Below, piece by piece: positions 38,433 through 47,657 of a stretch of DNA of 64,000 nt; the first letter of the stretch is position 1; each line of letters starts with the position of its first letter. A program made the position numbers and the translations under genes. The DNA comes from Candidatus Krumholzibacteriales bacterium. Its GTDB lineage: Bacteria; Krumholzibacteriota; Krumholzibacteriia; Krumholzibacteriales; WJIX01. The DNA lies in assembly GCA_046483305.1 (NCBI GenBank), contig JAWODM010000062.1, forward strand, positions 4,385 to 68,384. Reading direction: 5' to 3'. The notes below the pieces were generated by a model, which ran no database searches, was not told where the DNA came from, and saw nothing but the letters and a program-made list of their open reading frames with translations.

Positions 38433-39446
38433 TCACGCTCTGATTCCTGCTTCGTTGCTCTTCATCTTTTGTCTCAGGTAAAAAAGACCGGTAGATATCA
38501 GAACCGGATATACCGGAAGGAGCAGTCTTACTTCTTTCCAGATTCCAAATATCGCTACCGGCAACAGGTAAAGCAGTATAACCGGGAACATGCTGACGGT
38601 GAATCTGTCGGCGTATTTTATGCCGGCGGCGAAGAAGAACCACCAGGCACCGCCGAACAGTACGATATTTATGATTGCGTATATGTAATAAGGAAAAGTC
38701 CTGTTAAGGCCCCAGAGATACCGGATTGAATGTATGTTCTCGCTCCAGCCCATAAGGTAGCGCAGTGTCAGTATGGTCCCGGCGGACACCGCGGCCAGCA
38801 GCAGAAACTTCCCGGCGGCGAGGGTATCGAAACCGGAACCCTCATTTTCCGTATCTCTGAATCTCAAGAAGGAAGCCAGATATATCAGGGGAATGAACAG
38901 CCCCGACATCCTGTTAAGGGAAGCGGCAAGGGTTAGCGCCAGAATCGCGTAGTAATTCTTCTTCCTGGCCGCGAGGAATGCCGCGCAGAAAAACCAGGAT
39001 TCAATAAGCGACCATGGTTGAAAGTAATGATCTCTGAGCGAGAGCGGGAGCACGGCGCAGCAGAAAAGCGCCCCCGCCAGCGAGTAAATCCTCTGATGCC
39101 ACTCCATCAGGAAGAAGTAGAGAGTTGAAATGAAAAGGAAGATAGCCGCAAGGTCATATATGATATACGAAAGAATCCAGGAATTACGGTAAGATAGCGG
39201 CGTGACCGCCCTGACAAAATCTGTCATGCCCTGAGTGGCAAAAGGGACCAGTACCCGGTAGCGGTAGGGTGACGGGGCCTCCCCTTCCAGTATGGAATCG
39301 TGAATAACCATCCTTTCGGTGATATTTGGCCTTTCCACAAAATGAAAGTAATTGTAGGAGATAACCAGAGAGGCCGATAGTATTATGAGAACGGCCAGTT
39401 TCTCTGCCCGTATAATATTTCTGATATTCAATGCCTTTCTCCCCAA
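38433..39446 (-). CDS. polytopic integral membrane protein, possible GT-C-like glycosyltransferase/polymerase
   Basis: About 9-10 predicted TM helices and an SPYRYRVLVP motif in the first loop. No confident family assignment. Confidence 0.35.
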   Translation of the reverse strand: MGRKALNIRNIIRAEKLAVLIILSASLVISYNYFHFVERPNITERMVIHDSILEGEAPSPYRYRVLVPFATQGMTDFVRAVTPLSYRNSWILSYIIYDLAAIFLFISTLYFFLMEWHQRIYSLAGALFCCAVLPLSLRDHYFQPWSLIESWFFCAAFLAARKKNYYAILALTLAASLNRMSGLFIPLIYLASFLRFRDTENEGSGFDTLAAGKFLLLAAVSAGTILTLRYLMGWSENIHSIRYLWGLNRTFPYYIYAIINIVLFGGAWWFFFAAGIKYADRFTVSMFPVILLYLLPVAIFGIWKEVRLLLPVYPVLISTGLFYLRQKMKSNEAGIRA

Positions 39447-39516
39447 TGGTTCTCAAGACAATACTTCCCGTTATTCTCCGGTTAAGTTTATTTACTGACG
39501 GATAAAAAGTAAATGA

Positions 39517-40566
39517 TTAATCTGATGGGCCTTCCAGAAGATACCGGGCCATCAAAGCAGTATTCTCTCTAATCCATATATGAAACAGTGAGCCGGCGCT
39601 GAAGCTGCGGCCGGCGTTTCTCAGTTTCCCGCTTTCACGCAGCACCTCTTCAAGAAATTTACTCAGATCGTTGTTACTCTTCAGGCCTTCAATATTTGCC
39701 GCCGGTGTCTCCGGACATCTTTCCCTGAATGCGGAGGCGAATAATCCTGACCGGTAAGTACCCTCACTCCCATGGACAGGGGTGTTCCCGATTCCGCAGG
39801 AAGGAGAGCGCCCTTTCATGATAAAACCGCTGACCGGGGCGGTGCGGTTGATGAAATAAGAAGAGAATTCGATCATACATCCGGTAAGGTCTTCTCCGGT
39901 TTCTGACTGAATCAGCTTCTTCTTTCCTTCAGAGATGACTATGTTTACAGGCCTCCTTGGAACAGGAAGCCCGATTTCCATTTCCGGGCATACCTCTATC
40001 AGATCGGCAAACAATCTCAACCTGTCAACGATATCAGATTCCAGGGTCTCTCCGTTATACCTGCAGTTATATCCGGCAAGGCATTTGCTTACCACTATCA
40101 TGGGGCGGCCGGCGGGTTTCGCGCAGTTCCATTTGCAGGCTCCCGCTTTATTCCCCAAGGCATCTCTGAACGCGTTGAATGCAGGTTTGCCGTTAAACCT
40201 GAAAAGATGGCTTTCGCATCTGCAGTCTGATGAACCGAAATTTTCAGCCGCGACAAATGCGCTGGGGAGCGATTGGAGCGCCGAAGCGGCAAGGTGTTCC
40301 AGCTTTTCCCGGCCGGGAAAGAACCAGATTTCATCTATCAGCGTGTATGGCCGGATATAATCAACATGCCAGAACTGTTTTTTATCGGAGATGATATGCC
40401 GCCGGACTCTGGCTCTAAGGCCTCCCCTGCCCAGGGCGCTGCCAGCGTAAGCAAGGTATCCGGTAACCAGATTGACTCCGCCGGAACTGCCGGCCATTAC
40501 TGTCCCTGATGAAAGCGCTCTCAGAATAAGGACGTACGTTCCGGATGCATCCGGTATTATATACAT
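39517..40566 (-). CDS. fusion protein: DUF123 (GIY-YIG-like) N-terminal domain + DUF523 (TudS-like thio-nucleobase desulfurase) C-terminal domain
   Basis: N-terminus GTYVLIL...GYLAYAGSALGRGGLRARVRRH...FWHVDYIR matches the DUF123 pattern. C-terminus MIVVSKCLAGYNCRYNGE...GRSPSCGIG matches the DUF523/TudS Fe-S cysteine pattern. Cys-rich linker between them. Confidence 0.5.
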   Translation of the reverse strand: MYIIPDASGTYVLILRALSSGTVMAGSSGGVNLVTGYLAYAGSALGRGGLRARVRRHIISDKKQFWHVDYIRPYTLIDEIWFFPGREKLEHLAASALQSLPSAFVAAENFGSSDCRCESHLFRFNGKPAFNAFRDALGNKAGACKWNCAKPAGRPMIVVSKCLAGYNCRYNGETLESDIVDRLRLFADLIEVCPEMEIGLPVPRRPVNIVISEGKKKLIQSETGEDLTGCMIEFSSYFINRTAPVSGFIMKGRSPSCGIGNTPVHGSEGTYRSGLFASAFRERCPETPAANIEGLKSNNDLSKFLEEVLRESGKLRNAGRSFSAGSLFHIWIRENTALMARYLLEGPSD

Positions 40567-40570
40567 GGAC

Positions 40571-41392
40571 TTAATCCCCGAACCATTTCCCGTAAAGCTC
40601 CGGCCTCCGGTCCCTGAGAAAGAGCCTGTGAGCGTGAGATTCAGGCAGGATTTCGGTGTTCAGATCGCAGTATAGAATGTCCGGTCTGCCTGAGGCCGCC
40701 CGCGCGATAACTTCTCCGGAAGGAGAACATACAAAGGATTCGCCGGAAAAGTTTAGTTCTCCCTCCTTCCCCACCCTGTTGCACAGCGCCGTGTAGTAGC
40801 CGTTCTGGAATGAGGCCACCCTCATTTCAGCTTCGTAGAGCCCCGGGGGCCACTCTCCAACCACACCGGCCTGTGGAACAAACACTATCTCAGCGGCCAT
40901 CAGGGAAAGCGCCCTCATATATTCCGGATAATGCCTGTCGTAGCATATGGCGATTCCTATCCTCCCGAATTCGGTATCAAAGACTCCAGGGCCGAGGTCG
41001 CCGGGCTGGTAGTACCCCTTCTCATGAAAACCGCTGTAATCCGTGATGTGCACCATTCTGTTCCTGCCAATTATTTCCCCGGTTGTATCGATCACCGGAG
41101 AGGTGTCGTAAGTATTGTCGCCATCCCTCTCATATAGATTTACAATAATAACTGTTCCAGTTTCGGCTGCCAGAGCGGAGAAAGGCTCGGTTATTCTGCC
41201 TGGGACTGTATCGGTGAACTCCAGGTTGCTTCCGCCGGCGGGAAGGCGCGGGTAGAAAGGCTGGAAAGATAATTCGGGGAAACAGATTATCTTCGCGCCC
41301 TCCGCTGCCGCCATTTCAACCGCTTCAACGCCTCGACGCAGGTTTTCTTCAACAATTTTCGAGCATCCGGTCTGAATCAGCGCTATCTTCAA
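40571..41392 (-). CDS. carbon-nitrogen hydrolase family protein (nitrilase/amidase superfamily)
   Basis: E-K-C triad context: ICFPEL (Glu), conserved Lys region, and RIGIAICYD (catalytic Cys). 273 aa. Confidence 0.8.
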   Translation of the reverse strand: MKIALIQTGCSKIVEENLRRGVEAVEMAAAEGAKIICFPELSFQPFYPRLPAGGSNLEFTDTVPGRITEPFSALAAETGTVIIVNLYERDGDNTYDTSPVIDTTGEIIGRNRMVHITDYSGFHEKGYYQPGDLGPGVFDTEFGRIGIAICYDRHYPEYMRALSLMAAEIVFVPQAGVVGEWPPGLYEAEMRVASFQNGYYTALCNRVGKEGELNFSGESFVCSPSGEVIARAASGRPDILYCDLNTEILPESHAHRLFLRDRRPELYGKWFGD

Positions 41393-41419
41393 TTACCGCA
41401 CCTCCTGTCAGAAATGTTC

Positions 41420-42610
41420 TCACGTGACCCGGTTGGAAGTTAATCCCTCCCATAGATGAATGTATTTCAGGCCGCTTCCGGTACTTATAAGAAGGACTGT
41501 TTCATCCCTCTCTATCCATCCCTCCTCCAGGAGTTTCTGGAAGGCCAGAAAGGTTGCCGCCGACTCAGGCGAAACGAAGAGCCCCTCTGCCGAGGCTATT
41601 CTCACTGCCGCTCCCATAAGTTCTCTATCCGGGACCTCCAGGGCGGTGCCGCCGCTCTCTCTGAGTATTCTCAGAATAATAAAATCGCCTACCGCGGAGG
41701 GGACCCTGATACCGTCCGCAACCGTTTCGGCTCCCTCCCAGTAATCCGCGAATTCCCTTCCCTGGCGGAAGGCTCTGACCAGGGGGGCGCAGCCGTCCGA
41801 CTGAACCGTTACCATCCTGGGCAGCCTGTCTTCAATCCATCCCATTTCCAAAAGTTCCTGGAATGCTTTCCATATTCCTATCAGCCCCGTACCGCCACCG
41901 GTAGGGTAAATTATCACGTCCGGCAGGATCCAGTTCATCTGTTCAGCAATTTCAAAACCGATGGTCTTCTTTCCTTCCAGCCGGTAAGGCTCCTTGAGCG
42001 TTGAGACATCAAACCTGCCGTTCTTCTTGAGCTGCTCGGCGGCCGCCTTTCCCGCGTCTGTGATATAGCCCTTTACCAGTTCGATATCCGCTCCGAAAGC
42101 TGCGCATTCGGATATGAAAGTGGAGGGAACATCTTCCGGCATGAAAACATGAGCTTTCATGCCGGCTGCGGCTGCGTAAGCGCTCATTGCCCCGGCGGCG
42201 TTGCCGGCAGAGGGGATAGAAAGAGCTTTGACCCCCAGTTCATGGGCTCTGGAGACGGCCACAGCCATACCTCTGGCCTTGAAGGAGCCGGTAGGATTGA
42301 GAGATTCATCCTTGATATAAAGAGAACCGAGACCGGAATCTCTCCCCAGGTTCGAAGCTCTTAGAATCGGAGTGCCCCCTTCTCCCAGAGAAATGATATT
42401 TTCATCATTCTCTACCGGAAGAAACTCCCGGAATCGGAATACACCCGGCTTTCTACTCCGGAGGTCGTCTCTGCACAGCGAATTTCTGATCAGGTCGATT
42501 CTGTAGCGGGCCAACAGCGGTCTGCCGCATCCGGGGCACAGGTTCATCAACCCGCCGGCGTCATAACTTCTTCCACAGAGCGAGCATTCCAGATTGTTTA
42601 AATAACTCAT
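41420..42610 (-). CDS. threonine synthase-like PLP-dependent enzyme with N-terminal zinc ribbon
   Basis: N-terminal CSLCG...CPGCG ribbon. PLP lysine motif PTGSFKARGMA and a glycine-rich PLP phosphate loop GGGTGLIG (fold type II). Start placed at MSYLNNLE. Confidence 0.6.
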   Translation of the reverse strand: MSYLNNLECSLCGRSYDAGGLMNLCPGCGRPLLARYRIDLIRNSLCRDDLRSRKPGVFRFREFLPVENDENIISLGEGGTPILRASNLGRDSGLGSLYIKDESLNPTGSFKARGMAVAVSRAHELGVKALSIPSAGNAAGAMSAYAAAAGMKAHVFMPEDVPSTFISECAAFGADIELVKGYITDAGKAAAEQLKKNGRFDVSTLKEPYRLEGKKTIGFEIAEQMNWILPDVIIYPTGGGTGLIGIWKAFQELLEMGWIEDRLPRMVTVQSDGCAPLVRAFRQGREFADYWEGAETVADGIRVPSAVGDFIILRILRESGGTALEVPDRELMGAAVRIASAEGLFVSPESAATFLAFQKLLEEGWIERDETVLLISTGSGLKYIHLWEGLTSNRVT

Positions 42611-42741
42611 CTTGCTCCAGGCCCGTCTGAATGAATAACCTGCCGTATCCTGATGATTCATTCTATGTTCTGAATGTTGAGTTGTCCACTTAATTCAGGA
42701 AAGTAACTATCGGGGAAATTGTCAATATCTGGAATACCACT

Positions 42742-45009
42742 TTACCCCGGCAGCAGTTTTCTGGATTCTATTATAAGTTCGGAAGGGGTTTTTGACTTGC
42801 CGGGAAAACGAGCGTAGGAACTGAAAGCTTTGAATGATTCGGGATCGTACATATCCTTTTTCTCCAGGAAACTGTTAATAAATTTATTAATTCTTTCTTC
42901 CAGGGTTTTGATCCGGCCCAGGCTCTCAATTGATAGCACGGTAAAAGTGTCGGTCTCAATCCACGAGTAATAATCAGTGCTTCTGATCATATTCTTTATC
43001 CCCGACCCGATCTGGTTTATGAGCTGTAACCCCTTTTCCCTGTCTTCGGAAAGAAGCTCTTTGAGCCCCTTTATTCTTATGGTAGTGAGGGTAAAGGTGT
43101 GATGATACCTCCCGGCCCTGCGTATCTCTTCATCGATCCTGCTGATCAGTAGAGTCTGGTTCATCTCCAGGAGTTTGTCCAGCTTCAGGGGCGCATTTTC
43201 CTTACTGTATTTCTCCGGTTCGGGTTCCCTTGAATAAAGCGTTCTTATTATGTTTTCAGCTTTTTCTATGAGCTCGATATCCTTCTTGCCGAATATTGAC
43301 GGATCAAGCGGAGAAACGGTTTTCTTATTATAACCGGCGAATATCAGTTTTCTTCTGTTCAACTCAAGCAGCGGATACACGATAACTGACCGGTAATAGG
43401 GCTGGGACCGGAAATTATCAGCGGAGGCTGACAGAAAACTGGTGCACTCAGCTTTCCTTTTTTCCGCGGCATTGCCGGCAATCTCGGAATCGAAACGCTT
43501 GTATTTGTTAAGTTCAGTTTCATTTTCAGGAAAATTGTGGTAAAAGACCTCTTCCCTGCCATTTTCGAAATAATGAAGGCTTGCCGATGCAGCGTTTATG
43601 AAATCTGCCAGAATCCCGGGGAGTTTCTTCAGGTTATCGGATAGAGAACCTGCATCAATAAGCCTGGGAACCAGCCTGGAAAACTTTTCCAGGTTCTCAA
43701 GACGGCGCTGCTGTTTCATTGATTGGAGCCTGGAGGCTATGAAAATACCGAGTCTGAAACCTATCCGGTCCATATATTTAAGGTATCTCTCCTGATCGCA
43801 TAAATTATCGAACTCTATTACTATTACCCCGACCGGTTCATTATAGAAAAGGGGCTGATAAACGATCGATATTGATCGTTCTTCTTCCTCCTCTCTATCC
43901 TCGGTCATTACTATGGTCTCCCCGCTGAGGTAAGCCCTCGCCAGAGTGCCGCTGATACAGTGAACCCGGGATGCCGATTCGTCCTCCTGTACCAGATTGT
44001 TGCTTCCGCCCAGTATAAGCCAGTCCCCCTCGTCTGTGGCGGTGTAAATTGAGGTGGTGGCAGCGTTGAACAGTCCATTGATAAACTTGCTGATCATGGT
44101 GAAGACGTAGTGGAATCCGTTCCCGCTTCTGGATGCCCTCTCCAGGTATTCATTAATGGAGGTTTCGATCATATCCGATTCATCTTTATCAAGCCTGAGG
44201 TGCCTATTCAGTAACGGGGCTATCTTCGAAGCGATTACCGTGATCCGGTCTCTGTCAGACTCGTCAAGCTCTCTTTCACCCCTGTCTGTTGAAATATTGA
44301 GAACTCCCAGCAGCTTTCCCCGGTATATTACAGGCGCGGTGACCGCAGTGGTAATATTCTCTCTCTCCATACCGGGCCTTGAAACGCCACCAATATCCCT
44401 GGTAAGTATAGCCTTGCGAATGGAAGCCGATTTTCCGGCTATACCTTCCCCAAGTTTCAGCCTGGTTTCCTTGACTACTTCTTCGCTCAGGCCGGTTGCG
44501 TAACCGATGTAGAGCTCTTCAGTACTTTCAGAGTAAAGCATCAGGGAACCCTGAGAAGCGCCCAGTGATTCAGCCGAAATTCGAAGTATCCACTTCAGGA
44601 GCTTCCCGCTGTCTGCGATTCTGTTCATGAAGCGGAGAGCCTCATCCAGCTTATCTGTCTCATGTCCTGCATCAGGTGATTCGTCATTGTCTTTGTCAAG
44701 TAGTAACTTATAAACATCTGATATGTCGATGATGTCAACATCCAATTCTGACAGGCTATCTGCTTCCTCCCTCAGATCTCTTCTGCCCATATTGGTTATT
44801 ACCAGGTCGGCGTTCCTGAAGAGTTCCAGATAGCTGTCATCAGAAACAGTTTTTAACCCTATTACTTCCCCGATTACTATACCAGGGCTGGAGTCGTCCC
44901 TGTCATACACCCCTATAATGGATATATCATCCTTTCCGTGGATTTCTCTGATAACGGACAGTTCTCTTTCACTGCCGCCAAGTACCGCTATTTTCAGTTT
45001 TCTGGACAT
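42742..45009 (-). CDS. multi-domain GAF protein with degenerate GGDEF-like C-terminus, hypothetical regulator
   Basis: N-terminal Rossmann-like KIAVLGGSE segment. At least two GAF-like regions. C-terminal region with GGDEF-domain-like secondary pattern but no GG(D/E)EF motif. Confidence 0.45.
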   Translation of the reverse strand: MSRKLKIAVLGGSERELSVIREIHGKDDISIIGVYDRDDSSPGIVIGEVIGLKTVSDDSYLELFRNADLVITNMGRRDLREEADSLSELDVDIIDISDVYKLLLDKDNDESPDAGHETDKLDEALRFMNRIADSGKLLKWILRISAESLGASQGSLMLYSESTEELYIGYATGLSEEVVKETRLKLGEGIAGKSASIRKAILTRDIGGVSRPGMERENITTAVTAPVIYRGKLLGVLNISTDRGERELDESDRDRITVIASKIAPLLNRHLRLDKDESDMIETSINEYLERASRSGNGFHYVFTMISKFINGLFNAATTSIYTATDEGDWLILGGSNNLVQEDESASRVHCISGTLARAYLSGETIVMTEDREEEEERSISIVYQPLFYNEPVGVIVIEFDNLCDQERYLKYMDRIGFRLGIFIASRLQSMKQQRRLENLEKFSRLVPRLIDAGSLSDNLKKLPGILADFINAASASLHYFENGREEVFYHNFPENETELNKYKRFDSEIAGNAAEKRKAECTSFLSASADNFRSQPYYRSVIVYPLLELNRRKLIFAGYNKKTVSPLDPSIFGKKDIELIEKAENIIRTLYSREPEPEKYSKENAPLKLDKLLEMNQTLLISRIDEEIRRAGRYHHTFTLTTIRIKGLKELLSEDREKGLQLINQIGSGIKNMIRSTDYYSWIETDTFTVLSIESLGRIKTLEERINKFINSFLEKKDMYDPESFKAFSSYARFPGKSKTPSELIIESRKLLPG

Positions 45010-45082
45010 TTTTAAACCTGAAAATTAAGATATACTTTCTCGGCATTGATTATTGCAAGAGTCAAGCCATTTTTTTGCTGAA

Positions 45083-47656
45083 TCAATTCTCTTCTTCAAG
45101 TTTTTGAAGTTGGACGAGTATATTAAGCGCTTCCAGCGGAGTTATCCTTTTGACATCGGTGTCCCGGATAATTCTGCGGATTTTATCTTCCGAAGGGAAC
45201 AGAACGGCCTGTTTCCTGTTTTCAGCATTCACTGTTTCTCCGGAATCCAGCGGGTTTCCGGAAGAGAGAATCTCTCTGGCCCTCTCTATAACTTCCAACG
45301 GAAGCCCAGCCAGTTTTGCAACATGTATACCGTAACTCCGGTCGCTCTTTCCGTCCAGGAGCTTATACAGGAATATTATCCGGTCATTCCACTCCCTGGT
45401 GGCAACCCTCATGTTCTTGATGCGCGGGTACTTATTGGAGAGTGAGGTCAACTTGTGGTAATGGGTGGCGAATAGAGTTTTTGGATTCCTGCCCTTCTTT
45501 GAAACCAGGAATTCGGTTACCGCCTGTGCCAGTGCGAGTCCGTCGCTGGTGCTGGTCCCTCTGCCTATTTCGTCAAGGAGAACCAGGCTTTTGTAAGTGC
45601 AGTTGTGGAGGATATTCGCCGTTTCGGTCATCTCCACCAGGAAGGTACTCTGGCCCCTTGCCAGGTTGTCGCTGGATCCCACCCGGGTAAATATCCTGTC
45701 CATTGTCCCGATTTCGGCACGGGAGGCCGGAACATAGCTTCCAATATGGGCAAGGATCGAAATAAGAGCCGTCTGCCTGATAATAGTTGATTTGCCGCCC
45801 ATATTAGGTCCGGTAATGATCAGTATCTGCTGCCGCGAGGGTATAAGTTTGATATCATTCGGAATAAAGGGCTTATCCGAAATTATTTCCACTACCGGAT
45901 GTCTTCCGTCCCTTATGATCAATCTTTCGGAATCATCTATCAGCGGCCGGGTATAGTCACGCTCCAGAGCCAGGTGTGCCAGCGATGATATGAGGTCCAG
46001 GACCGCTACCGCGTCGGCTACTTCCTGAAGCCGCCTGCTGGTCTCGGCTATCCTGCTGCATATCTCCTGGTATATCTTCTTCTCGTACTCGATCCTCCTG
46101 GCCTCAGCGGAGAGAACCTCGTTTTCCTTCTCCTTGAGGGCTCTGGTGACATATCTTCTGGAGGAGACCAGGGTCTGCTTTTCTATGTAATCTTCCGGGA
46201 TCTTATCCTCATGGGTTCTTGAGACCTCTATGTAATACCCGAATACCTTGTTGAAACCGACCTTGAGGGTCGATATACCGGTTCTTTTTCTCTCGGTGTC
46301 CTGAAGCCGGGCTATCCAGGCCTTTCCCTCTTCGGCCCTCTCTATCAGAGAATCCAGGCTGCTGTCGTAACCTTTTCTGATTACTCCCCCGTCCCGGAGA
46401 TTAACCGAGCAGTCCTCTCGTATTCCGGACTCGATTATCTCCATTGCCCTTACCGGTCCCCTAAGTTTCCTGCTCCTGTCAGAAATTATGCCTCTATCCG
46501 CGTTTGAAACAGCTCCGGCTATATCCTCGAGCCTGCGAAGCGCCTGCATAAGCTGGAGCAGTTCCCTGGGAAGTACCCTGGCGGTGGATATCCTTGATAC
46601 GATTCTTTCAATATCCGGAAATCCCTTGAGGGATTCTCTCAGTTTCCGGAGCATGCTCTGGTCCCTGGTGAATTGAGTAACCCCGTCCAACCTTTTATTT
46701 ATCAGCTCAATATCCCGGGATGGGCTTCTCAGCCATTCCCTGAGCATCCTGCCCCCCGCCGCAGTCATAGTATAATCTATGTGATTGATCAGGGGGACGT
46801 CAGGAGAATCTCCCCTTATCGGTTCGAACAGTTCCAGGTTTCTTACAGTTTCCCGGTCCAGAAACAGTTTGTCGTCAGACCTCAATATACGTATCTCGTT
46901 AATATGATTGAGTTTCTCACGCCTCAAGGATTTGACGTGATTCAGAAGCGCCCCGGCGGCGGCGACGGCCAGAGGTTTGTCTCCCAGTCCGAACCCGGCC
47001 AGGCTGTCCGTGTTGAAGTGATCGGTCAGCGATTCCTCTGCCTTCTGATAACTAAAACTGCAGGGATCGCTGTCTGAAAGTGTACATCCGGGATTACCCA
47101 TGAAGATCTTCCTGCCCGCCCACTCGAAGTTGTCCGGGTAGATCGCTTCCCTTACGTTGGTTACCGAAAGAATATTTTCCATGTAATCAGCCCTGTCCTG
47201 CCCGGCCAGAAACTCGCCGGTCGAGATATCCATCAGTGCCGCCCCAACCATTCTGTCATCACCGGTCAGTGCTGCTATGTAGTTCTTCTCCTTGCTTTTA
47301 AGAGTTGAAGGAGAAAGTGATGTCCCGGGAGTAATGATATCGGTCACCTCTCTTCTCACCAGCCCCTTTGACTGGGACGCATCTTCGACCTGATCGCATA
47401 TCACTACTTTTTGCCCGGCGTTAAGCAGCTTTGCTATGTAAGGATCTTTTGCGTGGATAGGCACACCGGCAAGAGGAACCGGATTCTTCTTGTCCCTGGA
47501 AGTAAGGGCGATGTTCAGAATTTCTGATACTGCCTCAGCATCTTCATAGAATGTTTCATAGAAATCCCCTACCTGGAAAAACAGTATACCGTCGCTGTAC
47601 TGCTTTTTCAGTTTGTGATATTGAGCCATCAGCGGTGTTAAGTGCTTGGTAGACAT
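45083..47656 (-). CDS. mutS: DNA mismatch repair protein MutS
   Basis: MAQYHKLKKQY N-terminus and Walker A GPNMGGKSTIIRQ, 857 aa. Confidence 0.95.
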   Translation of the reverse strand: MSTKHLTPLMAQYHKLKKQYSDGILFFQVGDFYETFYEDAEAVSEILNIALTSRDKKNPVPLAGVPIHAKDPYIAKLLNAGQKVVICDQVEDASQSKGLVRREVTDIITPGTSLSPSTLKSKEKNYIAALTGDDRMVGAALMDISTGEFLAGQDRADYMENILSVTNVREAIYPDNFEWAGRKIFMGNPGCTLSDSDPCSFSYQKAEESLTDHFNTDSLAGFGLGDKPLAVAAAGALLNHVKSLRREKLNHINEIRILRSDDKLFLDRETVRNLELFEPIRGDSPDVPLINHIDYTMTAAGGRMLREWLRSPSRDIELINKRLDGVTQFTRDQSMLRKLRESLKGFPDIERIVSRISTARVLPRELLQLMQALRRLEDIAGAVSNADRGIISDRSRKLRGPVRAMEIIESGIREDCSVNLRDGGVIRKGYDSSLDSLIERAEEGKAWIARLQDTERKRTGISTLKVGFNKVFGYYIEVSRTHEDKIPEDYIEKQTLVSSRRYVTRALKEKENEVLSAEARRIEYEKKIYQEICSRIAETSRRLQEVADAVAVLDLISSLAHLALERDYTRPLIDDSERLIIRDGRHPVVEIISDKPFIPNDIKLIPSRQQILIITGPNMGGKSTIIRQTALISILAHIGSYVPASRAEIGTMDRIFTRVGSSDNLARGQSTFLVEMTETANILHNCTYKSLVLLDEIGRGTSTSDGLALAQAVTEFLVSKKGRNPKTLFATHYHKLTSLSNKYPRIKNMRVATREWNDRIIFLYKLLDGKSDRSYGIHVAKLAGLPLEVIERAREILSSGNPLDSGETVNAENRKQAVLFPSEDKIRRIIRDTDVKRITPLEALNILVQLQKLEEEN

Positions 47657-47657
47657 A

